64,000 nt of DNA from Tubulanus polymorphus (taxonomy: Eukaryota > Animalia > Nemertea), in NCBI RefSeq assembly GCF_964204645.1, contig NC_134028.1, positions 6,944,001 to 7,008,000 of the forward strand, written 5' to 3'. Below are positions 1 to 11,300 of the stretch, one piece after another; position 1 is the stretch's first letter; each line of letters starts with the position of its first letter. Position numbers and translations under genes: made by a program. Below the pieces are notes generated by a model. The model saw only the letters and a program-made list of their open reading frames with translations, searched no databases and was not told where the DNA came from.

Positions 1-114
1 CGACACGGATGGAAGCGACCGCAGCGTGTTGGCAGCGTTCGGTATCAAATGACAATAATCATCGATTAACCGCTCGGTCAACTGAATACATTCTGTACTA
101 TGCAAGTTATGATA
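1..114 (-). CDS. INTS15: INTS15-like coding exon 3 (partial)
   Basis: Acceptor TTTTTCTTTCAG|TAT; open frame YHNLHSTECIQLTERLIDDYCHLIPNAANTLRSLPSVS to the window edge. Confidence 0.85.
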
Positions 115-1347
115 CTGAAAGAAAAAGAAAATAGATTTTCATCAATCTGGGCACCTGCAGATCGGTCATTCCTGGATATAAGCAGTTTTAAAGAGGATGA
201 TTTCAAATTTCGAGGAAGTGCCTGCATCACTTTCATATTCCAATTTCAGTAGACTTACAAAATGACCTGGCCGATTAGGAGAAACAAGGTATCATTTTTT
301 TAGCCACAACTCATCGAAAAATCTCATTTTCATTTGTCAATAAGTAAAATGACCCTCGAGTTAAGAATAATCGAATGGTGAAGGCGAATAAACAATGGAA
401 TTCATTAAAGGAGAAAGTTTCGTGAAACTAACCATCATCCAGGCAGCGGCGCAATCGAGAAGTTTTGAACTCTTGATACCGACAGCCATCGATACGAGTT
501 GAAACAGTAGGTCCATTTTATGCGGCGCCGTCTTCGCCCCGAATATAACGCGGAACACGGTACGAGCCATTACCGGATCTTTCGCCGTTTCAAAATACGT
601 CAGTAGAATTTCTTGTAATTGTAGTTCGTTCATGGCGCTGATTCTCTGTATAAAAACACATAACAATATATACATGTAGGGGGTAGCACCTGGAGCACGT
701 GCTACCCTCTAGATTTTCAGTTGGCCCCGTAAAACATTCTCAGGAAGTCTAAAGGCTCCTATTGTATCTTTCTTTGGTTGAAACAAGCTCCCAAATCGAA
801 ATGGCATCTGCTTCGAAATGGCATCTGCAGGGGCTTATTTTTAAGAATTTTCTGCGAGAAGGGCAACCAGATCCCTTTTCCCTGCTCGTGGATAATGCAT
901 TTTTTCAAAATAATTACTGCCCTTTTCATCGGGTGCTACCCCTCTATATAAGCTCTAGATTTGCACCACCTAGGGTTCCAATTAAAAAATACAGCAGTAT
1001 TCCGTTTTAGGCCTTTTGATTTTAAAAAACAAAAAAGTTCAATTTCTCAGATCCTCAAATTTATGATTCCAAGATGTACAGGGCGTATGAGTCAAATACC
1101 GTATTTCAATCCTTAAAAAACAACCCAATTCTTCACATTTGAATCGGATATTCACCTTAGGATGTCGGTGGTAAGGATGAAATATGAAATCTTCGGCAAT
1201 TTGAGCGGCTTGATCATCGGCGCTTGCATTGATTCCGGGAATATTCACTTTCTCAGTCATTAAACATTTCTCAATTCTCTGCAACATGATGAGCATTGCC
1301 GGCGCGAAACCCATTTCACGGATTGTTTTAGCTGCACTGTCGTCCAT
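1..1347 (-). CDS. INTS15: Integrator complex subunit 15 (C7orf26)-like gene, 5' part; coding exons 1347-1156, 645-433, 114-1 (continues beyond left edge)
   Basis: Three phase-0 exons with GT-AG sites join into MDDSAAKTIRE...AEDFIFHPYHRHPK|RISAMNELQLQEILLTYF...LVSMAVGIKSSKLLDCAAAWMM|YHNLHSTECIQLTERLIDDYCHLIP. The ELQL.EI...YF, LVSMAV......L.CAA.W and L.DDYC.L.P motifs match INTS15/C7orf26 as I recall it. Confidence 0.88.
433..645 (-). CDS. INTS15: INTS15-like coding exon 2 (71 codons)
   Basis: Acceptor TACAG|AGA, donor ATG|GTTAGT; RISAMNELQLQEILL...CAAAWMM. Confidence 0.9.
1156..1347 (-). CDS. INTS15: INTS15-like coding exon 1 (64 codons)
   Basis: ATG at 1347; donor AAG|GTGAAT at 1155; upstream acceptor TTTCAG at 1359-1360 implies an intron in the 5'UTR. 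Confidence 0.85.
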
Positions 1348-1989
1348 CTTTTACGAAACTGAAAGTTACGGTAGTAAAGTTTAACATCTAGTCTAATCTA
1401 GTCTAATCTGCTGTTTCCCAAACTAGCCTACTGGTAGATCAAGTTCATATACCCTTCTAGAAATCTTCTGTAAGATCAACAAGTATTCAAAATAACGACT
1501 AACCATATATACATGATTCAGAATTTGCATCTTTTTTAAGCTTCCAGAAGCGTCGGTATAGTACGCATTAAATCTGCGGGGAACGCATCAAATCTAAGGG
1601 GGAAAGGTAGTCGGTAAGCTGTCTGTGCCTGGGGTTTAAAGACTTTAGTTTCAGGATCGGATATTTTCACAAACGAACCAAGAAAACAAAAGCTCACCAC
1701 CCTGCGATTATGTATAGGCAACAATCTTGGCCAGGGGAAGCAGTAAGGGGATATGCTGTATTTGGGAATTTCACAATCAAACATTCACATCAGCTACGCA
1801 TTTCATTGGTTTTAGCCCCCATATTTGTGAATAAAGATCCACTTGATTGAATTGAGTTGAATTATCGAATTATCAATGATTTTTTTGTGATTTTGTCAAA
1901 ACATCTACGATATTTTACTAAATGGCGCCAATACATGTAATCCTTACTATCTATCTCATTAATTGACGTGTGAATCATTTATGAACTGC

Positions 1990-2110
1990 AAGTGGCGAAG
2001 GCGTTTTTTAAACTCGAATCCACCGATTCCTATGCCGAAAACCCGGAAGTAATGGGCGCAGCCATATTGGAGAAGACTTGGGGACGATCTCAGAACTATA
2101 TTTAGTAGGT
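1990..2110. promoter_or_regulatory. Candidate bidirectional promoter between INTS15 and GGA
   Basis: Lies between divergent ATGs (1347 and 2339). Contains ETS/GABP motif CCGGAAGT (2043-2050) and YY1-like GCCATATT (2061-2068). Confidence 0.6.
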
Positions 2111-2338
2111 CGATCCAAAGAGTGAGCCCGAATCTTCTAACGAGTGTTTTTCAAACTTAGATAGATTAAGCTTATTTTTTCACGAATCTAAAATTAGATA
2201 ATCGTTATTGCTCGTATTTTTTGCGCGTAGCTGTCAAGGATTTATATATTTGTGGTTGGTCCCTCCCACAAATCATCTCAACCAGAGGAAGTGTCGAGTG
2301 ACAACTCGTACGTCCCGTGCTTCAAATTATTCTGCGAC

Positions 2339-2384
2339 ATGGCTAACATTATCGATTGGTCGGAAACATTGGAATCTTTATTTA
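2339..2384 (+). CDS. GGA: GGA exon 1
   Basis: ATG..MANIIDWSETLESLF, phase-1 donor A|GTAAGT. Confidence 0.85.
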
Positions 2385-5300
2385 GTAAGTAGTAGTGGTG
2401 CTGGAGCATCGGGGTTTCTATCTAAAATTGACCAAGCGTGAAGAAGTTGGGGGTATGCACAGGCTTGTCCAGTCTCTGTCATCGTCTCTTTTTGGGTTTT
2501 TACTATCTCGACCTTGGCTCTGTTGCTCTACCTGCAGCGAACCAACCAGGCTTTGATATTATCCGTTTCAATTGTGCTCCTCCCAGCAACCTGTTAAAAA
2601 ACGTCTTCAAAAACGTTGATATTTACTGGCCGATTTCGTAATCGGACAATAATTTTCTGCCACTTTTGCTCATGTTTGTCCTCTTTTGATGGAATTTCCA
2701 ACGAGCTTTTGCATGCATTATTGGTACATAGTCACTCCACTGTCAATTGATGGTATCCAGACACATCTGCAGACAGGGCCAAAAACCGATCCGATCAGAA
2801 ACAAGATGGCTGAATGTCGGCCATTGTGATTCGTCAAAATCATCACTATATAATGTGTTTGAAGATTTCAAGAGAAATTTTGATGATGCTTCAATTAATT
2901 ATTTTGATGTTGATGCTAAAGCCTATTCAAAATACACTATGTATTTTGAATGAGCTTTATCAATTTCTTCGATGTTCCATGTGTAGGCCTGTATGTATCC
3001 CCCTTTGGCTTATGATTGAGAAGATTGGGTCAATTGCGCACACGATAGTCATTTTGTAACTATATTTCTATTTCAACAGATAAAGCAACAAATCCCGAAA
3101 ATGTTTCCGATGATTGGGACAGTATTATAGAGTTCTGCGATCAAGTGAATAAGTCATATGATGGGCCGCAACATGCGATCAAATTATTAGTTCATAAAAT
3201 CACATCTCCGCAAGAAAAAGAGGCTCTGCTCGCTTTAACTGTAAGTGATGCATTTCATTCAGGCGCGTTGGAAGCAATTTTCAATTGCCAATTTTTGACA
3301 GGTTGTAATACGTTGCTGTGGCGAATTTACTTCAATTTCGTCAAAAACATGATAGGCCTATTTAAAAAAAACGTCATTCAGTGAATAATTGTCACGGTTT
3401 TCGCCGCTGCCAACGCCGCTGAATTTATCTTGAAATTTTAAGGATGGTGAACCTTCGGAAAATCATGAAAATTGATATCGTTGAGTTCTTTCATTAAGTT
3501 ATGACTGCAATTTATGTTTCAGGTTTTAGAGTCTTGCGCTAAAAACTGCGGAAAAAGATTCCACGCGGAAATCGGAAAATTTCGGTTTCTTAACGAACTC
3601 ATAAAAGTAATATCGCCAAAAGTACGTACCAGTTTTCCAGTAGATTTGTAAAAATTTCTCAATACCCTCAAATTCCTGGGGCATCTTACAGATCAATTTC
3701 TGCATATATCTTTGTCTGTCTTTTGACTTTCAGTATTTAGGAAATTCTAGATCTGATAAAGTGAAGACGAAATGCATCGAACTAATGTACAGTTGGTCGA
3801 AGGGCCTTCGCCACGAGACTAAGGTTCATGAGGCTTATACAATGTTGAAAAAGCAAGGCATCGTCAAAGAGGACCCTTCCCACGTGGATAAGGTAGATAT
3901 TTTTTTTTCCATATGAATTATGTCCTCCCCCAGTAGGGATTCGAACCTGATGACTTCGATACTCGTCATGGTATGAAACCCTGCCATACTAGAAGCCATC
4001 AGGTTCGAATCCCTACCAGGGGAGGATGGATACACAAAGATTCCTTTAGTTGGCAGCTTTTTAAACTATGCGAAAACCTTTCAATATCAAGGATTTGAAA
4101 TTTACTACGACTCAATAGACCTCATCTGAATTATGTGATATGTGTCGTAGACAATTAGCAATTTTTGGGGTTTGAATCATCTGTTTATAACGATAACTTC
4201 CGACCAATGGGATATCTCGAGGTATAAGGATCCTCGGTCAACTGATAGTCCACTTTAAAGATGAAGATTTTGTCTTGTTAGAGAAAAATTGATCGCATCA
4301 CTGGGGCCAGCAGCTCAAAAGTTGTTACACATAGCCGGCGGATTAATATCATAATAACAATGAACTTTTAATCGTCACTATGTCAACAATCCACTGGTTA
4401 ACGCTAACCAACTTTAGAGCAACTGGCCCTGGATTTTACAATCTTGAAGATTTTTAGGCCAGCTGCTGTAGTTCATTGTAAAAAGGTTCCGCTGGGTATA
4501 TATATATTCTTGTGCATGTAGAAGTTCAGAGCGTTATTCCTAAAAAGTAATGAATATGTTCTCTTTCTGTTCAGTATCGACAGGTAAATCTCAAACGCTG
4601 GATTGTTGGTGGTGGTGGGTAACTAATTACTGTATCGCACAGCTACCAACTAGATCCTACTGACTGTCCACAGTGTTCGCTTTTACAAGTTTCAGGAAAT
4701 TAAATTCAATTGAACTTGTCAATTTTCCAATCGTCATCCTATTTGAAGCAGTATTGGTAGTAATTCATTTGAGATGGAAATATCCTAATTGATCAGTGTT
4801 GGTAGCTCAGTTTTTGTGCCTTGTTAGCTTTTGAACCCGTTGGGACTTGAGTCCAGTGGTCTATTGCGTTCAGTTTTTTACTGTCCATAGATAGAATCCA
4901 ATAATATTGGGAAGTTTTGAAGATGCTTGAATGGATTATCTTGATATTCGATTTATAGCATCTACCCTAGATACATATGCAGCCTAAAAACTGGCACGAT
5001 CAGAGCCATGATGGTTGACTGGCAGCCTTTATTGTGGTTCGCCTGAATCTACTTTTTACACATTTGTCAAGTTTTTAATGAAAGATTTGAAGATGCTTTG
5101 ATCTATTTTCCTGATGTTTCATATGGATTTGTATTCCCCTTGGGTAATTGGTTTCTGTATATTTTGGTACCTTGCATAGGCCTACATGTATTTTGTAGCC
5201 ACAATCAATTGCGAAATCCTAGCTCATGACAAGTTTTATGATTGTTCTGAGTTTCAAGGTGATTTCTGTATTTACTCACTGGGGGGGGGGGATGTTGAAT

Positions 5301-8300
5301 ATTGAAATTGTCAGATTGTCAAACTTTTCACCAAATGGGCATGGTGTCATTGAACCCCCATCATGGTGTCATTGTTTACCAGCTACTAAGTCTCTGCATT
5401 TAACTATAGTTTTAATGATAAGAATACCATATTTTTTCAGCTTTATTTTCTGATGTTTGTTCTTGTCCTTTTCATTTGCTAATGTAAAACTTATTTGACT
5501 CGTAAATAATTTTTTGAAACTGCTCCATTTAAACTTTTTTTAAACCATTCGATATTTTACTTCGACGATGTTTATTTTAAATCTGTAATGAGTGTGTTTG
5601 ATTTTATTATCATCATACATAAAAATACATGCAATGTTATTTTAGGAACCACATTGGCGTTTGGTGTAATCGTGTGTTATCATCGGGTCCATAGCTTAAT
5701 CATACAGATCTAAGCACTTACAACTGCATGTTTAATCGCAAATATACATCACATATATTATCATATACTATATTGGTTTTTGATTTTTGAATTAAGACAT
5801 TTTGGTGAAGAAGAATTTTGAAACTTATGAAAGAAATGACATTGATTTGATTTTTAGTAGACATATGTTTGAATATGTGTGCGTCCTCAATTTGAACCTA
5901 TTCATAATCTTGCCCACAGTTTTACGAAAAGTTAAAGCCTAGTTAAGTTTTAATCTTGTTATTTATCACATCTGTCAACTAAACCTAGAAATATTGTCTT
6001 GAAATATTGCAATTTCGTTTGGACGCTAGAAAGTATGATCATCTTTTTCCAATTGCTGTTTAATGTATTTGTAGACTTTTGAGGATATGCAAGCTGATTT
6101 TCCTCCTCGACCTAAAAACACGATATTCGATGACCAAGAAAAATCTAAGGTATCGTAAAAATGGCTGAATCATGTTTCTAGGATATGATAAGGTATATGA
6201 ATTTACAGGGGAATTTTCACCGAGGAGATCTTTTGCTTTATCATTTTCAGCTACTCGCTCGACTTTTAAAAAGTAAGAATCCTGAGGATTTACAAGCCGC
6301 TAATCGTCTCATTAAAAATATGGTAAAACAGGTAAAGATTTCATCCTCAAGAATTTACCATTGAATATGCTTAAGATCTTTGACTAAAATCCACATGTGT
6401 AGAAACCTAAAGACTTGAACGTCAACCAGGCCAAGTGAGGTCATTCTATGGAAGAAAAATCAAAACAATGGGATACCGGTCTCTCGCGCTCTAATTTGCT
6501 CTGTGATGAAAAAACCTTCATTTCGTTTTATTGTAGGAATCGGAACGTCAAGAGAAAGTAACGCGCCGAATAACGGAATTAGAAACGGTGAACAACAACA
6601 TAAAACTACTGTCGGAAATGCTTAACGAATACAACCCTTCTACGACGCAATCGGAGCGCGACGTTATGCACGAACTATACGACACCCTCGAGAAACTGAG
6701 ACCGAATCTGTTCCGACTCGCAGCGGATACGGATGAGAAAGACGACAGTATTAGTGAGTATATTACAACCACAAAATGATATAATTTCGGAAGAGTATCC
6801 AGATAGTTAAATAATAATAAAAGCGCAACTATCACAATCATCACGATGATAATGAGTTTATTTACCAACTAGGTCACTTCACGCCTGCGTGATATTCTCT
6901 GTAATTAGTAATAGTATACTATGCATAGTTAGTATCTTTTCATGTCATTTCTTGAAAAGGACTCGAAGAGATGAGTCGAAATCGATCGAAACGGATAACA
7001 TGTAAATAAACTCATTTTCTTCATGAAGATTGTGATAGTTAGGTTTTTATCATTATTTAACAACCAAAAAACGTTTCGAAGAATGTCGTGAACTACGTTA
7101 ACGTTTTGATAATTGTAAGAGCTTTCTGAGTACCAGTATGTGCAATGATAGCGAGCGTGCATTGGTATTCATTAACCCCTAGTATCAAAAATCCACACTG
7201 TAGAAGGATATATTTTTGCTTGTAGATACAGTCAAACCTTCTTAATCTTAATGAGTATGATCAAAAATACATAAAGAGTACGTATTCTTAACATATCTGA
7301 ATCTCTTTATGTGTTTTTGGTATAATCTGAATTTTGATCTAATTCCATCTATAGGATCTCATCATCATCATCACCAATTGATGGATCTTTTAAAGGTTTA
7401 TCAGCCTATTTTCATGCGGTTCAATGTCTCACTTTAAGCTTTCCTGCTTTGGAAATCACCGTACTTACAAAATCCGAATGTGACATTGATGAAAGCTCCT
7501 GAAAAAGTATTATTTCGAACGTAAAATGCTGATAGCACTGTACTATATTCTATTGCAACTTCAGCTGAAATTTTACGCACAAACGATGAAGTTATGACCG
7601 TAATGAACGAATATAAATCGAAAGTAGGACTGGATGATAGAGAGCCATCGAAACAAAATGATTCAGCGCAAGGTAAGGAATTTTTGATTCCATCAAAGTT
7701 CAAATCTCAAAAAAGGCAACTGCAACACTAGCTCTGCCACTAGATGGCGTGAATTGAAATCCAGATTAGTTAATTTTTGATCATTCTATTTTCATTTAGT
7801 AATATTTTCTGTATCTGCCTACTGATTTCATGTTTACTATATTATCATCTAATTCATATGTCCAATGTTTTATATCTTGTGATTTGTATTTTATGTAATC
7901 CACTTAAATTATTATTATTATTGTTATTATCAATCGTTCATTTCATTAACATTCATTTCAGCCAATTCGTCATCATTGTTAGATTTCGATTTGACCGGTA
8001 GCCCCGTGAAGACTCAAGCGGGTGCCGTCTCACAGCTAGGCAGTTCGATTCTCGATAACGACCTCGCCGCCCTCGGATTGACCGACGACGCGATGATCTC
8101 GGGCGGCGCCGCCTCAGTTACCCTGCCGGCGGGTACCGATTTACCGAAATCGAACACGATGGAAGAACTCGGAAGAATATTCAGTTCGACGACAAATTCG
8201 GTATGAATTGTTCAATAATGATCCAGGTTCTCATAAAAAAACTAGAATTTTTTGGTTTATCTAGACCTTAAAAATTATCGGTAAATGATTTGAACTTCAA

Positions 8301-11300
8301 CTAAGGCCATTTGGGCCCAAATTTGGGCTATAGCATAAAAAGCTGACCCCAAAAGCCTGGTCTTGATTCGAGGCGATAATTGCAAATGTTTAGATTGGCT
8401 ATGAGAACTGAAAGAATTTGGGCCCAGTCAGTTGTTTTGCGTAAGAAAAAGCAAGACAATTATGCTTGATAGCTTAAGCTATGTTTGTCCTCTGACCTGG
8501 GGCTCTTGTTCATTTCCTCAAACAGTCGGGAACTTCTGATTTTCTCGACGAATTCTGAGCTCCATTCCAGTCTCTTGTTTTCTCATTGGGATATATTGCC
8601 TGTTACAGACGCAAGCAGTTGCCGCTGGTGGAGGTAACATGGCTTCATTTCCAGTCGGTTTCAACATGACACAACAGCCAGTATCAACAGCAGGCATATC
8701 ACTGGCCACTACTGCAGGTATAAATCTTAGTAAAATTGCTCAAGTTCAAGCTGATTAGATTCAAATATTGTTGTCATTAATGATTAGGAAAAAGCCACAA
8801 TTAGATAACTACGGTATGTCCTGTAACTTTTTTCAAAAAGCGCCGCTTCTACAGTCAATGTAACCTATTTAATGAGCAAAACCCACAGTTGATGACTTGA
8901 TTTATTCTCGTCTGACGGTTTCGAACTTTTGACTAAACTCCATCATAAATGAAGGGAGAAAATTCTTCTTTTTGTTCTTCTGATGAAGTTAAGTCAAAAC
9001 TACAAACCTGTCAGATCAGAAGAAATTGAAGTGTGGGTTTTGCCCATTAACTCTGAATACTGAGATTCATATCAGTCTCCCAGTTACCCATAACCTGTAT
9101 TCTTTCAGCGGGTGCCTCCTCAACGTTATTTTCATTAGACTCGACTCCTGCATCTTCTAATACGAATAGTCAACCGGTAAAATCATCTGCATTTGACGAA
9201 CTGAATTTACTCAGTCAGTCGATGTTACAGAAAAGTTTACCAGCCGAAAAATCAGTTCCACAACAACCTCAGCCGTAAGTTGAAATACCGAAATGCCAGT
9301 ACCTTTCAACGCTCGTGTGAATTAGAATGTTCATATATAATCAGGATGGCCACTTACCTGGAAATTGGAAAAGAGTCAGGGAAATTTCTTTTCTCTAAAA
9401 AAAAGTCGGGGCATAGTCAGGGAATTTTGTAAGAAAGCTAAAAATCCAGAAAAAGTCAGGGAAACTTGTTGAGATTGCTTGATCGCATGTAAAATGGAAT
9501 ACTTTCCATCTATGTCTTGTATTTGACTGTTAATTGATTGGATTCTAAGCATATCGAGTCTGGGAAAATGAGGTGCATGTCAGGGAATAGCCATGGAAAA
9601 AGCAAATCAAATAAAAGTGGCCACCCTGATAATCTAATCTATTCCTATCTTTTTCACGATTCGTAGTGTTAAAATTCCTCTGAACCAATTGGCATCGTCG
9701 ACCAATCAAACGGCCTTCCTCGGGCAGATGGCGAATAGCGTTCAAACGGCGCCACCGGTAGCCGCTATCGATACTACCGCTACAAATAGTATGCCAGTGA
9801 TACCGGTTAAGACTAGTCCTGCACCTCAACCAGCCACAGCTGAACTTTTATCGCTTGCCGATGTGTTTGTACCTCTCGATACTATTAAACCGGGTAAGCT
9901 GAATTCACATTTTCCATTACTGTATGCAAGAATTCAATTTTTTTCCATAAATCGACTGAATTTCGTTGGTTCTAGAGTATTGAATTGATAAACTAATTGA
10001 TAAATGTAAATTTGAAAGTGGTCTGGTTGTATTTTTCAATAGGTACAGTCGCACCTCTGACAGCGTATGATAAAAATGGTTTGAAGATTGTGATACATTT
10101 TGGTAAAGACAGTCCTAAACCTCACATATTAGTGATGGTCGTTTCTATAATCAGTACCAATTCTTCTCCGGTTAAAAGTCTGGCATTTCAAGCTGCCGTG
10201 CCAAAGGTATGTTAGTCCATCTTTGATAAGCTTGGTGCAGCGTTTTTTGAAACTATGTTAGTTTCAGAATGAATTTCGAGATATCCATGATACCAGTACG
10301 GCTAAGCAATCTTTTCAAGAGTTTCCAGAGATAAGTTAACAGTAATAACAGTATATGTTAATCTTTATGGTTGGCAAATAGGCCTATCCCCAAAATTTTT
10401 AAAATTTGAGTGAAATAAACAATTCAGTTGTCAAAGTTACCTGTGGAACCAAATACAGGGTGTATAATGAATGTACTAGCACTATACAAAGTTGTTTAAT
10501 TGTAAGGCATATAAATATAAACCGGTACAAATTTCTATTGCTAACTATTTTTTTTTTTAGTTGATGCGAGTAAAATTGCAGCCCCCATCTGCTACAGATT
10601 TACCTGTATATAACCCATTCCTACCCCCAACTGCAATTACTCAAGTTATGTTGCTGAGCAATCCGCAGAAGGTAATGTTTATACTTGTAACCCCTTCGAA
10701 AGGATGAACCTTTTTTCCCTTAGTTGTTGGATTATCCCCCAAATGCAATTTTTGCGTGCCGGTAACTTTTGTGGTGAAGCCAATTCCAATTGTTTCGGGT
10801 TTTGGTAAACGTCCCTTGTCCAGTAGTTCTCAAAAACCGTCATGGAGGAATAGTGGTGTTTCATGTAGCAGTCAATGATAATCCTGTACCATCCTGTCAG
10901 ACATATTCGATGTGGAATAATGACGTAAGCACATTTCAAACAACCACGAATTCCTGTCGACCATATTTTTTATCAATGTTGAATTTCTGTCGAATTGTCT
11001 GTTGAATTCCCTTAATGACTTGAAGGGACTGTGGTTAATCTCATATAACATAATGACCAGGTCTCAATTCCTATCCTTCAATGATCTTATGACCAAGTGA
11101 AAACCTGTCGATCAAGGGTTATTGATATGAGCATTTTGATGTCGAATCCTGACAGTAAGAAAAGGGCAATGAAGTGTCGTGTTCCTGACTAGGGGGATAC
11201 AGGATTGTCATCCACCACTGCAGGCCTCTGTACATAGAATGATGAAAGGTTTCTTCAATCCTAGAACCTATTCATTATTTCTGATCTCGGGTGTCGTCTA

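Noticed and set aside
5646-5669. Acceptor-like TTTTAG|GAACCACATTGGCGTTTGGTGTAA giving a VHS-only GGA isoform
   Set aside because: Short pyrimidine tract and weak donor; such sites are common by chance in AT-rich introns.
11237-11287. C/D-box-like ATGATGA...CTGA in GGA intron 14 with loose complementarity to an 18S rRNA segment
   Set aside because: Only about 50 nt, 3-bp terminal stem and an imperfect guide; would need snoscan or small-RNA support.
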